In this document: in pieces, positions 33,546 to 46,309 of the stretch
Layout: the number at the start of each line of letters is the position of its first letter
How positions within the stretch are numbered: the first letter of the stretch is position 1
Assembly (NCBI GenBank): GCA_964016885.1
Contig: OZ024740.1
Span: forward strand, 196,788,001-196,852,000
DNA from: Eledone cirrhosa
Lineage: Eukaryota
DNA: 64,000 nt
Direction: 5' to 3'
Made by a program: the position numbers and the translations under genes
Notes under the pieces: generated by a model
The model's database searches: none
What the model saw: the letters and a program-made list of their open reading frames with translations, nothing else
Told to the model about the DNA's origin: nothing

Positions 33546-34499
33546 TAAACTACACCGTCATCTTAAATGCGGAAATGACACATTGGAAAATGTCCCAAAA
33601 CGTTGGGATAATATATAAATTATACAAGGAGAAAAACACCTGGAGAGCGATGTTTCTCATTGTGTTTTAAATAAAGATTAATTATGTTAAAACTATTTTC
33701 AACAGAATAAGAAACGGGAGGTTCATGGTTGGAAAATATTTAATCAGAAGGTGTCCTGGATCAAGGCTGAATTGGGTTAAAGCAATTATGCTTTCAACAT
33801 ATAGCATCACAAAACTTAAAATAAATATGCAAGTCGATCGAGTAATGGGTGATAGGTTAAGAAATTGGTGGACTCTTATCTATATAAGTATCGGTATATA
33901 TATTTACCATTATTATTAATGACAGTCCCTTTACAGTCTGAGTTCAAATCCCGCCGAGGTTAACTTTGCCTTTCATCCTTACGGGGTCGATAAAATAAAG
34001 TACCAGTAATGTACTGGGTAATTGCTGGCCTTGTGCCTAAAGTAGAAACAATTATTAATGACACATAAGAGTGGTGGGTTAGCAGAATCATTAGAGCGTC
34101 AGACAAAATGCTTTGCGGTATTTAGTTACGATAGTATCTGTTGTACCATCAAATTAACTCCAGAAGCATAGAAATCATGTAATTTTGAATTAATTAAACA
34201 AAGGGAATTAAGTAATAGATTATACAGCATCTCTTAGGTTATACAGAATTGTTTCCCATTGACAGTTACTTCAGTTAAAAAATGAATCTCGTTAAATCTA
34301 TTTTCATGAACACACACACACGCGCACACGCACACAGAGAGAGAGAGAGACATCCTCTCGCATTCCAAAGCGCAAAGTACATGAAAATACCTCCTGGAAA
34401 TGTTCAATCTGACGTATCCATGTAACCTTTATGTGGTCATTTAAATTGCTAGAAATATCTGCTAAGCCTTTCTCAGGTTACTACACGATAGCATTCTGA

Positions 34500-34820
34500 T
34501 CACTAAACGGGCCCTAGCTCGGGTAAATATCCCCTCAGTTTTGGAGTCGGCTGGATTATCCAGAATTTATGGGAAGAGACCAGACGGCCTTAACTTTTGT
34601 CCCTGGGTAAGAGGTAGATGTCTCACATGGGACTCCACAGTCAGTGATTCTTTTGCTCCCTCCCATATTACGGATGCCGCGGTAAATGTGGAGGCCACTG
34701 CTTCCGTTGCCGAACGGAATAAAATCCTGAAATACCGGGATCTATCCATCAACTATTTTTTCCAGCCTGTGGCGTTCGAGACGTATGGTGGAGTTGGGCT
34801 GCTGACAGCGAAGTTATTGT
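34500..34820 (+). mobile_element. CRE-clade non-LTR retrotransposon fragment (restriction-like endonuclease domain)
   Basis: GKRPDGL..PW.RGRCLTWD.TV.D.FAPSH...AERNKILKY...FQPVAFETYG. Confidence 0.75.
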
Positions 34821-35138
34821 TATCGCACGCACACACACACATACACACATACCTTCTTGTGCACAGTCCCTCCTCCCCCTCCGCTAGGACTCTTCCTGGC
34901 TCCCGTCTCTGTTCCCGGCACCCGCTGTAACACCTGTTCCTACATTACTAGAGAAACTAGTGGGGGGGGGGGGGGAGTGGATGCTGTGGCGATGTGAGAT
35001 GTGTGTATCGAAGGTAACCAGGGAGCGGAGTGTGTCGAATTTTTGTTTCATGACGGAGGTAAGAAAATTGAAGAGTAGAGTCCGGGTACAAATCCAGTTC
35101 CAGGGTGAAAATCCAATGTAGGAATCCAACGAATTTGA

Positions 35139-35204
<66 letters not shown>

Positions 35205-35290
35205 TATATAAACAATGAGTTATATGGTTTGTTGATTATCATTCAACAAAATTATTTTTATAACAGATTTGAAGCACTCTACAGTATTTA

Positions 35291-35325
<35 letters not shown>

Positions 35326-35519
35326 GAAAACAGGGAGAAAGAGACGATTATTAGGAAGAAAAATATTTTTTTTTCCTTTTTTGTTTCTCTCTCTTTTTTC
35401 TGGGTTAGAAAATGATTAAAACGAAATGTTTTACTTTGTGTGAAGTGTTAAGGTATTAGTTGATTTATTTATTATTTAACAATGGCATTTATTTATCTCT
35501 CTCTCTATATATATATATA

Positions 35520-36602
35520 CTAGCAGAGGTACCCGGCGTTGCTCGGATATTAAATAGCAGTTGTGTATGCCATTTATGTCAATACTTCAGTGCTGCTTCG
35601 AAAACTATACTTTTACAAAATCATCGGCTTTTTCCAAAAGGGGATTCCTGCCCCCAGAGGTCCCCTACCCAATATGTGCCAATTCTGAGAGTTCACATTC
35701 ATCTGTAGGACAAACGTAGCCCATGTGTCAAGTTTTGTGAAAATCGGTTGCGAACTCCAGCAGTTATGACGTTTTGTTGCATTGCATTGCAGTGCTTCAG
35801 TCGACTCCAAGGAAGTGGTTAAAGTGGTTAAAGGGGTTATCTGCCGGGTGGCCCTATAATCAATATCTGGAAAAATGACAGTGCCCATGACCATCCGGAG
35901 TACATAAGTAACCTATGTCTTAAGTTTGGTGAAAATACTGTAGAAATGCATAAGGTTTATACATACGCGCGTGCGTTCGTGTGTGTTTGTGTGTGTGTGG
36001 GGGGGGGGGGGGGTATGTATTTGTGTATGCGTATGTATGTGTATGTCCGTCGGGGCATACGTATGTACTGGCCTAAATCTTCACTATTTACTTTTACTAT
36101 TTTAATAACCTCTGTCATTTTCGTTTTCAATTTTATTTACATCATTCTTAAACTCCGGGGCTGGAAATCATTCTGTTATGTTAAATAGAATATTAGTCTA
36201 ACGACTCCATTTATACCATAAACTTGGTCTTGACTTTGCATGAAATTGTTCTTCACGCTCCACATAGCGACGTATTATCCTCGCTTTTTTCCCGTTCATT
36301 GCCAGGGAACGTCTTCACAAACCAAAATATCGTCTTCCTGTTTTCGTTCGATTGCAACGTTTCTCGAAATATTTACTTCTGCGTTCACAGATTACTCTCA
36401 GTTCAATTTGAATGGGAAATTCCTGTTTCATCGATTTTCTCCGTAACCATGGAAGCTTGTAGCTTGAAAGTCGACCCAACGCCTCCTCGGGTCATTCTGC
36501 ATAACTGTGTAAATTTTCGCTGCATTCCACCAAGCCGTTTCGACGTTCATCCGACTACACCTACATATACAACGTCCGACCACTTCCAATTTATATAGTA
36601 GA
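35520..36602 (-). mobile_element. Complete non-autonomous Helitron
   Basis: Minus strand begins A|TCTACTATATAA at 36602 and ends CTAG|T at 35520; subterminal hairpin CCGAGCAACGCCGGG about 11 nt from the 3' end; no TSD, A|T target. Confidence 0.8.
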
Positions 36603-38067
36603 TTTGTTTATATATGAATGACAAAAAGAAAAGTACAAAACTATACATGAATTGTTTCTACTAAACCTTCAATTTAAGACACAACCTACATATTTGATAG
36701 GACTCCAGCTCACACCTTCTTCTTCTTCTTCTTCTTCTTCTTCTTCTTTTGCTCCCCCTGGAACATTGGGCTGCGAGCCACCCCCACACAACGCCATGTT
36801 CTGAGTCTGCTTTTCAACTCCACCGTGATGCACGGTGCGTCATGGTGTATCTAACCATTTTTTTGGTCTTACTACGGCTGATTTCTTCCAGAGAGAAAGA
36901 AAAAGATGGAAAAAGGCAGGAATAATAAAAAATGTTTACACTGCACATTTCATTTTTTCAAAGCTAAAGCTGCCGATCCAAAATCAGTAATTCAACTCCC
37001 TGAAAACTTTCAAATATATGCTGTTCTAGCATGAATATTATGCTAAGGGGCAGCTGTCCACAAAGTAAGATTTACTTGCATATCCCCGCTCATATAAACA
37101 CATAAATACATACATACATTACAGTTGATATTTTTTTATTAAAGCGTTTTCATATTATATATATATAATATATATATAGTGACGAAACATAAGTCAATTG
37201 CATGAACTCATAATCCTTTATTTACTGCTTTATTTGTATGAAATTGTAAATAACTCATCCAAGTATTAGAACAGGGGGAAATAACTCACCGAACGCGATA
37301 GTAAATAGATCGTTTTGGGGCCCCAGGGACCACATTTTTCAAGTTAGAGATTTGAAAACTCGTCTATTTGCTTCCTGGGCACTTTTTACATAGGTGTGTA
37401 AATTTTCATGTCCGTCCGACCACGTCTACTACCATTTAACCGTGCACAACTGAATTTCAACCACCACCCATTTCACAAATATATATTAGATATAGGCATA
37501 ATTCTACGCTAATATTTCACCCTTTAACGATCGCCACACGACCAATATAAATACGCTATTTTTCAAAAATGTTCTAGCGTCTATAATAACGGTCCTTTTC
37601 TGTTTTAATGTATCCTGGTTAACTTATATCACTTGTGATTTGAATTTTTACCCCACTGCCGTTAGCAAGCTTATACTATTAAGTCTACGCTAAGGTATGT
37701 CAATACCTTAACACCAAATATTATATTTTAACCAGTAATGCACTGGGTAATTGCTGGCCTTGTGCCTAAAGTAGAAACAATTATATTTTATTACGGCCCT
37801 TTATGATCTGAGTTCAAATCCCGCCGAGGTTAACTTTGCCTTTCATCCTTACGGGGTCGATAAAATAAAGTACCAGTCACGCACTGGTGTCAATTTCATC
37901 GAACCCCCCCCCCCATTTGCTGGCCTTGTGCCTAAATAAGAAACCATTATATTTTATTTGATGAAAGCACACAAACACTTTGAAATACGTATAATAAAAT
38001 AAATATGGTATTATAAATGATATTTTCCATTTATTAATATTGTTTTTTTAATATTGTAGATTTATCT

Positions 38068-38122
<55 letters not shown>

Positions 38123-38123
<1 letters not shown>

Positions 38124-38260
38124 TCCCGCATTCGCGGTCACGGTTATTTGCGGAATTTTCCTTAGAACCTAACTAATAATCTTTCGTGGAAACCACCGCA
38201 TATTCGCGGAATCGTAAATATCTTCCGCAATTTTTTATGGCTTTTTTCGTGGCAATATAT
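38123..38260. mobile_element. Tc1/pogo (Tigger-like) MITE terminal fragment
   Basis: Repeated CGC...TTCGCGG / TATTCGCGG subterminal motifs next to (TA)n. Confidence 0.4.
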
Positions 38261-38964
38261 ATATTTTTAACGCTAAATTGTTCACAACACTATATCATAT
38301 TTGCCGGCCTATTGGACGTCCCTTCGCATATTTTTTTATGTCACCACCCTAACCACGAACTTTCAAGTTGATTTCATATCTATTTAGTTAATGGAGCTTC
38401 TCGCAAAATGCGATTTTTCGTGCAGCAATAATTATTTCTAACTCAAGCACAGAGAATACGCGATAGGTTATACCAATTTCAATACTTAACTTATACTTAT
38501 ATAACCGACATCAGAGTGATGACAGGCAAGGTTGACCTCTACCACCCCCATTTTCAACTTAGAACATAAACGGATGTAATACAATAATACCATAGGGTAT
38601 TATATCTGGCACTCTACAGATTCTGCCATCAAGAAAGTAACCCCGCGACAAGAATAACAACAACAGTATACTACCACTACTAGTATTACATGCAATACGT
38701 GTGGAACAAAGTAGCGACTGTCTCCGAGAAAGCCTTGCGTTGTCTGTTCCCACGCAAGCAGCTAACAACTACAGGGAGGTATAAACGTTTGTAAGACATC
38801 ATGAGCTTGCATGACTGACTGGCTTGGTTAAATCTTCGCTTCCTACTCTTTATCAGAAATGTTTCACTTATCATATGTTTCAGTTATCTTTATCGCATAA
38901 AGAAATACACAAACACACACATACAGTGTACATGCGAGTGCGAGAGAGCATGTCGCCTGCACTT

Positions 38965-39026
<62 letters not shown>

Positions 39027-39186
39027 ATACTTTGGGAGGGTCATGTTGCCAATAAGAAACACACGCACCAGTTGCTTTCACTTCAATTTATTATATATTT
39101 ATAAATTTATAAATCTACAAATTTACAAACTTATAAATTTCTGGTTGGTTGGTTGGTTCCACAACCAGATAGTTGTTTATATATAT

Positions 39187-39231
39187 AGTCATAGTCCTTT
39201 CGTCACACATTCTGTGACCTCTTCAGTGACT
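39187..39231 (-). ncRNA. Minimal type-I hammerhead ribozyme (PLE1 3' region)
   Basis: AGUCA-CUGAAGA-G-GUCACA gaaug UGUGAC-GAAA-GGAC-UA-UGACU. Confidence 0.8.
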
Positions 39232-39538
39232 GGGGATTCCTTTCTTCGTTTCTGTGCCTTTCCTTTCTTCTATCCTACACCATTTTGTTTCTGTGTGTGT
39301 GTTGTGTGCTCAGTTTGCGCATGCGCCACATCCGGGTGTCTGTGTGTGTTTGTGTTCATTTTTCTATTTTTCTATTTATATTTTTCTATTTGTTTATTTA
39401 TTTATTTATTTATTGTTGGTTGGTTGTTTGTTCTATGTGTGTGTGTGTTTTCATTTTGTCCTGTGTGTGTTTTCATTTTGTGTGTGTTTTCAATTGTAAG
39501 TTGTTTGTTCTATGTGTGTGTGTGTTTTCATTTTGTCC

Positions 39539-40837
39539 TTAATTGTAAGTTGTGATGTTGCTGTTCCACTCATATTTTCTATTTAATTTTGGTTTTAATT
39601 CTTTTATGCTTACTGCCTCTGTAATTTGCCTAAACATTGCGTCTTTTCTGTGTGTGGATTCTATTTTTATTTCTATGCTCTCTAATCTACCCCTGTGTTC
39701 TATCTTAGCATGTTGGTAGAGCACAGATGATTCTTTATTATCTTGGAGGTCTCGCCAGTGTTCATTTATTCGTTCCCCTATACTACGAGCTGTCTCACCT
39801 ATGTACACTATATTTTTGTTTCTACATTGTCCTTCAGTACATCTTATGCTATACACTACATTTCTAGTTTTACAGTTAATATGGGGGCTTATTTTACAGG
39901 TTATACATTTCTTATCTATACATGAGGGTCTTTGAAACGGGTATGTCTTGCTAATAAGTGTTTTTACGGAGGTACCAGGTCTTTCTACTATCTTAATATT
40001 GAGATTATGTTTATTTAGGGCCCTTCTAAATTTGTAGGCTAGTTCGCCTCTAGGGGTTGTATTGATGAACATTACACTCTGGTATTTATTGCTATCATAC
40101 CATGAGTTTATTCTATTGGCCTTGTTCCTAGTTCTTTCTATTCTATTCCAAAATTTGCTCCTATACAAGGGGCAGGTCCCATTTATGTCATTATTTACCA
40201 TTTTTTCCCATTTGGTTCTGGCTCCTTTATACACTCTGATTCTATCTCTCTGATTGTAGCCAGAGAACTGCATACGGTGGATGAAGTGTTGTATGTGTCT
40301 CTCTAGTTCTTCGGGGTTGCACATGCGGGACACATTTCTCATCACCCGTACCAAATCCGCAATCAGTATGTTGATTTTGGTATGGTCCGAAATGGCCGAG
40401 TTTCGGTGGATCAGATGTTTGGAAGTCATGGGTTTGGCATAATGGAAATGGAGGATTTGTTTTTGGTTGTTAATGGTATCTAACCAGAGCTCTGTGTCTA
40501 GTACAGGTAATCGATGGTTGGGGTGTCTACTTGGGTAGTCTATAGTAACTCTAATGCTCTGGTGGATGGAGTTTGCTATTTGCTGGATGCTTTCCATTGT
40601 GTTTTTCTCTAGTTCCTGACTGTTCTTTAGTGGGGGTGTCTTAACTACGATGTTTATATCATCTACGTAGCGGGAGTACATTATCAGGGTTAAGCTGTCT
40701 TCTAATTGTTCATTAAGTTTTTGTTTAAGTCTACTGTCCCACCATACCATGAATAAGTTAGCTATGTCGCCTGCAATGCTAACACCAATGGCTGCTCCTT
40801 CCTCTTGGGCATATGTTTTACCATTAAATTTGAACAT
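39539..40837 (-). CDS. PLE1 RT C-terminal half + GIY-YIG endonuclease (432 aa open frame)
   Basis: ORF track; YVDD and GIY-YIG motifs. Confidence 0.9.
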   Translation of the reverse strand: MFKFNGKTYAQEEGAAIGVSIAGDIANLFMVWWDSRLKQKLNEQLEDSLTLIMYSRYVDDINIVVKTPPLKNSQELEKNTMESIQQIANSIHQSIRVTIDYPSRHPNHRLPVLDTELWLDTINNQKQILHFHYAKPMTSKHLIHRNSAISDHTKINILIADLVRVMRNVSRMCNPEELERHIQHFIHRMQFSGYNQRDRIRVYKGARTKWEKMVNNDINGTCPLYRSKFWNRIERTRNKANRINSWYDSNKYQSVMFINTTPRGELAYKFRRALNKHNLNIKIVERPGTSVKTLISKTYPFQRPSCIDKKCITCKISPHINCKTRNVVYSIRCTEGQCRNKNIVYIGETARSIGERINEHWRDLQDNKESSVLYQHAKIEHRGRLESIEIKIESTHRKDAMFRQITEAVSIKELKPKLNRKYEWNSNITTYN

Positions 40838-41516
40838 ATGTTCCTTAAGGGTTAATTTTTTGTGCTGGCCCCTACCGCATGTGCAATCATTTTCTTCAGT
40901 TCATCGTGGTTTTCGGGTGTCCGTATGGCTCTGGTCCACTCGTTCCATCTATCTGTGTGGGTTTTCTTGGCCATTGAGGTAATGGTAGGTGGTCTGCCTC
41001 TTGCTGGTCTTGTAGGGCACAGGCTGCTAAGGTCATAAGTGTCTAAGTAACTATTACTATGGGTAAGCTTAAGTAGAAGTCCCAGCTCACTGGTATCAAT
41101 CCCACGGAACTCAACCTTGCTCTCGCTGATCATTTCTACGCATTTCTCCACAGCAAAATCCACGTCAATAGATGGATACAGGGACACAACATTCATACTG
41201 CCTATTATGCAGTTTGTTAGGTCCCCAGATCGGTTACCCGCGCCGATTCTGCTGAGGAGGTCCTCCGTGCTGTCACACACATCTGGGGACATCTCAATGA
41301 TGGGGCGTATGATCAGGGAGAGGAAGTAGGACAGTCTGTAGTTACTAGCAATGTTAGCCCCACAGACTGGCCGTGTTGGTGGTCCCGCGACAGGGTCCCA
41401 GCCCGTTTTATGGTCTTTTCGAAGCCCATACAACGCCGGCACGTCATTGTTCCAGGCCTGGAAGTTGTTGGCAGTCCTTTTGTTGGGCTGCATTATATTC
41501 GTCAAATTCAGAAACG

Positions 41517-41570
<54 letters not shown>

Positions 41571-41694
41571 AGGAGGTGAGTTTTATTGTAGTACAATAAA
41601 GCAATGCAGATATCGGATAAGTAGCACTCTACAGTTTGTAGGACTGGAGTATAAATAATATATAAGATCAAAAGATGGTTAAAAGAGTTCCATG

Positions 41695-41765
41695 TATTTT
41701 ATTATGCGCATTTCAAAAACAAATATCATCATGCGATGATATTTGCGTTTTCGTCAGATAAAATA
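41695..41765 (-). ncRNA. Minimal type-I hammerhead ribozyme (PLE2 3' region)
   Basis: UAUUUUAU-CUGACGA-16-bp stem II (1 mismatch)-GAAA-UGCGCA (palindrome)-UA-AUAAAAUA. Confidence 0.88.
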
Positions 41766-42776
41766 GGGAGACATGATATGAAGGTTAAAAAACACTTGTA
41801 GATAGTGCAGTTTTAAATCAACATATGAAAAGTAGTTTTAGATTGATGTGTGATATTGGGGAAAAAATTGAGGGGGGTGGGGTGGAAAGGATGAAAAAGA
41901 GGAGGCGATGAGAGTAAAGAATGGAGGGGGGGGAGTATAATAAGGAAGGATGAGATAGGAGGAGAAATGGGTGATAGAGAGAGAGAGATAGCTTTTATAA
42001 CTGAGAAAAATATATTGTTTTACAGAGAGAGGTTAAAAAACCGTTGGAAGATAATATATAAATTAAAAGAATTTGAAAATTTACGAAGAGAAAAATTTTT
42101 GAATAATGTTAAATTAAGGTTTGTATATTGAAGGGTTTAATAATATGTGCGATGAAAAGAAATTGTTAATATGTATTAAGAATAATATTAAATTAAGGTT
42201 TGAATATTGAAGGGTTTAATAATATGTGCGATGGAAAGAAATTGTTGATATGTATTATTAAAAAAAATATAAAAATAGTAATGAAATTAAGGATATATTG
42301 TGAAAAGAAGTAGAAGAGCGGATGAATATGTGTAATATGTAGAAGTTAGATGAGCATGAAAGGGAGAAAAAAATAATGAATTGAGGATGAATAATCTAAC
42401 GTCAAAAAAAATGTTTATGTTTACGAAGGATTTTTCAAGGTGATACTATAAAGTATTTAAAAGGGTAATAGTAAGTTTTATGGCCAGTGATAGGATGGAA
42501 GAAGGAAGAGTGGATATATTGTGGTGAGTAATAATGAGAATTGAGAAGTATCTAGGAAGAAAAGGTACAGATTAGAGGTTAGAAATTAAAAGAAAAAAGG
42601 AAAAAAAGAAAGAAAAGGAAGTGATAAATAGGAGTGATATAGAATGAGTATTATATAATGTATAATAAATAACATTGAAATAAGGTAGAAAGATGGGTAT
42701 ATTTTTAAAGAAATATATATGTATATATATGTGCCTTTGAGAAAAAAAGGATTTTAAATTGGTAAAGTATTAGATA

Positions 42777-43979
42777 TTAGCTGTATACTTTATGGAATGT
42801 TCTGTGGAATTTATGCAAGCAGAGAGAAAACAAGTCAGTGCGTTTATTTATTATAGAATCTAAATTAGATATAATGGTAAATTTCTCACATAAACAGAGA
42901 TTACATGTCTTGGATAGAGAAGCATTCAAGTATGGAGAAGCAGAACAAACCTTCCTCCAAGAGATGTTATAGTTAATATGTTTGTCTTTCAAGGACCATA
43001 TGAGTTCTGAGAGTGCCGTGTTGGTTCTTTTAAGTTGGTATTTAAAAGACGAATGATGATTATAAAGACGAGCTTTAAAGGAGGTGGAAGTGGAGCCAAA
43101 ATAGGTAAAGGAATTGGTGTCAGTTATAACTTTACATTCATAGATTAAGTTTTTTTCAAGACAATGGTTGTTGAGAGGACATTTATTTTTAACAGAGCAA
43201 TTACAATTGCGATTAGAGAAATTAGCAGAGTTATTAACAAGTGACCTAGTGTTATCTATAGAAGGAATTGGATTGGAGAAGTTATTTACGATAGGAATAA
43301 TAGTTTCTTGATTTAGATTGGGATTAAGAACATTTAACGAAGTTGCGTTTGACGTTGTATTTGGGTTTGCAGAAATTAGCCTAGAGTTAACAATGACGCC
43401 GGGAGTACTATTACTATTATTATGATATTCAGTGTTGGAAGGAAGAGATTTAGTATTTAGTATGTTATTGTTGTGTTTAGAGATAATGTTGGAGATGTTG
43501 GAGGAGGTCGAATAGGAAAATTTTATAGTGTGTTTGTTAAATATTTTACTATAGATATGTGAGGGAGGGAAGCATTTATTTAAGGCACTAAAGAATAATT
43601 TAGGAATATTATTATTAATAGAGATGGAGGAAGGAGCATTATACCAGATAATGTTTTTGTATCTAGGTCTTTTATTAAAGTTATTGGAATGATCATGATT
43701 AATTATTCTACTGTAAGATCTTCTAGAATTTGTTTCTTTGCTATATTTGATTTTATCAGGATAACCGGCTTTAGAAAGCGCGTTATTATAGTAATTGGCG
43801 TTAGCATCAAAGATGTTTTTATTAGATGATAGGTTGGATATTCTTTTTCCAATATTACTAACTATAGCATTCTTAATATTAGTGGGATGGTTAAATTTAA
43901 AATTAACATAATTTAGATTCTCATTGTTTTTATGGTAAGGGTAATATAGGCCAGTGTCAAGATTAAGAGATACATCCAA
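42777..43979 (-). CDS. PLE2 RT thumb + GIY-YIG endonuclease (400 aa open frame)
   Basis: ORF track and the motifs listed for PLE2. Confidence 0.88.
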   Translation of the reverse strand: MDVSLNLDTGLYYPYHKNNENLNYVNFKFNHPTNIKNAIVSNIGKRISNLSSNKNIFDANANYYNNALSKAGYPDKIKYSKETNSRRSYSRIINHDHSNNFNKRPRYKNIIWYNAPSSISINNNIPKLFFSALNKCFPPSHIYSKIFNKHTIKFSYSTSSNISNIISKHNNNILNTKSLPSNTEYHNNSNSTPGVIVNSRLISANPNTTSNATSLNVLNPNLNQETIIPIVNNFSNPIPSIDNTRSLVNNSANFSNRNCNCSVKNKCPLNNHCLEKNLIYECKVITDTNSFTYFGSTSTSFKARLYNHHSSFKYQLKRTNTALSELIWSLKDKHINYNISWRKVCSASPYLNASLSKTCNLCLCEKFTIISNLDSIINKRTDLFSLCLHKFHRTFHKVYS

Positions 43980-44246
43980 GAAATTAGCTAGCTTGATGTT
44001 GTTATCAAATTCAATTTTTAAATTATGTTGGTTAAAGAGATTACGTAAATTGTTCTTAATAATATTAAGGTTAACTATGTTGCAATTTAAGATAGTAAAG
44101 AGTCCATCGTCACGATAAATTCCAACTTAAAAATTGAATTTGATAACAACATCAAACTAGCTAATTTATTGGATGTATCTCTTAATCTTGACACTGGCCT
44201 ATATTACCCTTACCATAAAAACAATGAGAATCTAAATTATGTTAAT

Positions 44247-45041
44247 TGCCAGATTGTTGAACGTATATACTTACCTTATGCATATTAGCGGCTGAGAAGC
44301 CCAATTTGCATATCGAGTGGGTTAATCGGCCGGGTGCACCTAAAACGATAAACGGAAAAAATGAAACGAAATTTCATTTCCCACTCTTAGTACGGCTGTT
44401 ACTTAAATATAAGTATGTACACGTACATACATATATGTATACAGACGTACAGTAGTATGTATATATATATACATACATACATGCGCACATATATATATGT
44501 ACGTATGGATTCACCGAACATTTATTATAATGCTCGGTGTTTTTGTAAACAAACATCCCGTATTAAGCCGTAGTGTCTAGCAACCATCGTTGCTCGTTTG
44601 TTCAACACTGACAAAGGAACGCTGTACTAGTTTCAAGCTTATTAGCTATCGTCAGCAACGTATACCTTCCTGCCAGATTGTTGAACGTATATACTTACCT
44701 TATGCATATTAGCGGCTGAGAAGCCCAATTTGCATATCGAGTGGGTTAATCGGCCGGGTGCACCGAAAACGATAAACGGAAAAAAGGAAACGAAATTTCA
44801 TTTCCCACTCTTAGTACGGCTGTTACTTAAATATAAGTATGTACACGTACATACATATATGTATACAGACGTACAGTAGTATGTATATATATATACATAC
44901 ATGCGCACATATATATATGTACGTATGGATTCACCGAACATTTATTATAATGCTCGGTGTGTTTGTAAACAAACATCCTGTATTAAGCCGTAGTGTCCAG
45001 CAAACATCGTTGCTCGTTTGTTCAACACTGACAAAGGAACG
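44247..45041 (-). mobile_element. Retrozyme-like non-coding tandem repeat (424-bp period, ~1.9 copies) containing a hammerhead ribozyme
   Basis: 44247-44621 is near-identical to 44671-45041; the intervening 44616-44670 folds as a minimal hammerhead on the minus strand. Confidence 0.8.
44616..44670 (-). ncRNA. Minimal type-I hammerhead ribozyme (retrozyme-like unit)
   Basis: GGAA..CGUUG-CUGACGA-U AGCU aaua AGCU U-GAAA-CUAG (palindrome)-UA-CAGCG UUCC. Confidence 0.82.
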
Positions 45042-45680
45042 TAAAATAAATAGTAAAATAAGTTGGATTACTTTGAATAAATAATGAATGGATATTACAT
45101 AATTTATCTACTAAATTTCGTGGCTGTTCATTAAATATATTTTATTACTTATTTAAAAATTCACTTCTTTAAAATTTTCAAATGTCAACACTTCCGGTTA
45201 GTGATCGTTTAAATAAATATTCATATATTTGTCACTAATTTTCTCCTAATGCAGTTTATATATAATATCATCTTTTTTTTAATGTATCATGGATTACGTT
45301 AATGATTATATAAGAGAGTGTAACACAGTCTTCGTTCAATTTCTGTGTATATTGTCAATTACGATATTATTTGATGTATCATATCTACATGCATATATAC
45401 TTGGGTATAATATCAATATACACACTACTCATGCTAGCAGAAAACCACCCGAAGAGTGCTTTTTCTGCTAGTTTAATATAATGATTACAGAACGAAAACA
45501 CTAACAAATATAATATATATAAAGGAAAGGGAAAGGAAAAAAAAAGAAAGAGAAAAAATACACAAGCACGTAATACCCACATCTTAGACCCTATAGAACA
45601 ATATGCAGGCGAAAGAATGGTAAAAGAAACGCTACCAGAGCAAAAGATAGCAATATAGCGAGGAGCACTGGTAAACCTCT

Positions 45681-46130
45681 CTAATAAATTTTGAGGCAGG
45701 CCAGCACGCTCGCGGCGTTACCTGGGGTGATGGCGAGGCTGAGGTGCTGGAACAACCAAGTGCCCTCACGAGCATCACCAGTTACTTCTGTTTGGCGAGC
45801 CGCCAGTGAAGATAAGAACCTCGCGGCCAGTAGCTCGACTCCCCCAAACGTCTCGAACACAGACTGGATAATGTAGTTAGCTGACAGAACACAGTATTTT
45901 AGGATTTTGTTCCGTTCAGCTGCGACTGCTAGAGCTCTCGCCCTTACCGCTGCATCCAGGATGTGGGAAGAAGCAAAAGAATCACTAACTGTGACGTCCC
46001 AGGTAAGGCACCTGCCTCTTGACCAGGGGCACAGAATAAGACCGTCAAGTCTTTTCCCATCAATTCTGGACAACCTAGACAGTTCCAAAATTGAGGAGAT
46101 GTTTGCCCGTGCCAAAGTTCTTGAGTGGTA
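45681..46130 (-). mobile_element. CRE-clade non-LTR retrotransposon 3' fragment (RLE domain)
   Basis: DGKRLDGL..PWSRGRCLTWDVTV...AERNKILKY...FETFG...LFQHLSLAI..GNAASVL; paralogous to 34500-34820. Confidence 0.78.
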
Positions 46131-46309
46131 ATAGGACAGTGTGTGCATGTGCACGCGCGAGTTTGTCGGTGTTCTTAAATTAGAGACGTGTGTGTGTGTG
46201 TCACTGTTTTTAAGTTAGAGACATATGTGTGTGTATCCCTTTCCTTTCTTTTACACACACACACATTCACACAAACACATTGTGTGATGTACGGGTGGAC
46301 AGAAATTCT

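Larger units (their letters stand above)
39022..41518 (-). mobile_element. Penelope-like element 1 (RT + GIY-YIG with Cys-rich linker and CCHH motif), 5'-truncated, one frame break
   Basis: LYGLRKDHK, RPVC, SMNVVSLYPSID, QEEGAAIG, YSRYVDD, LPVLDT; VVYSIRC...C...VYIGETARS...RINEH...H...H; 3' UTR with hammerhead at 39187-39231; both ends abut (TA)n. Confidence 0.93.
41570..44247 (-). mobile_element. Penelope-like element 2 (Naiad-like), 5'-truncated just upstream of YRDD, with a 121-bp inverted duplication at the 5' junction
   Basis: GIYRDDGL at about 44100-44125; FLDVSLNL, IIWYNAP, CNC...CPL...CL..NLIY...YFGST...FKARLYNH, CNLCLCEK; long 3' UTR with hammerhead at 41695-41765. Confidence 0.9.

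Noticed and set aside
38824-39555. 243-aa hydrophobic ORF on +
   Set aside because: Antisense to the A-rich PLE1 3' UTR plus (TA)n; a low-complexity artefact.
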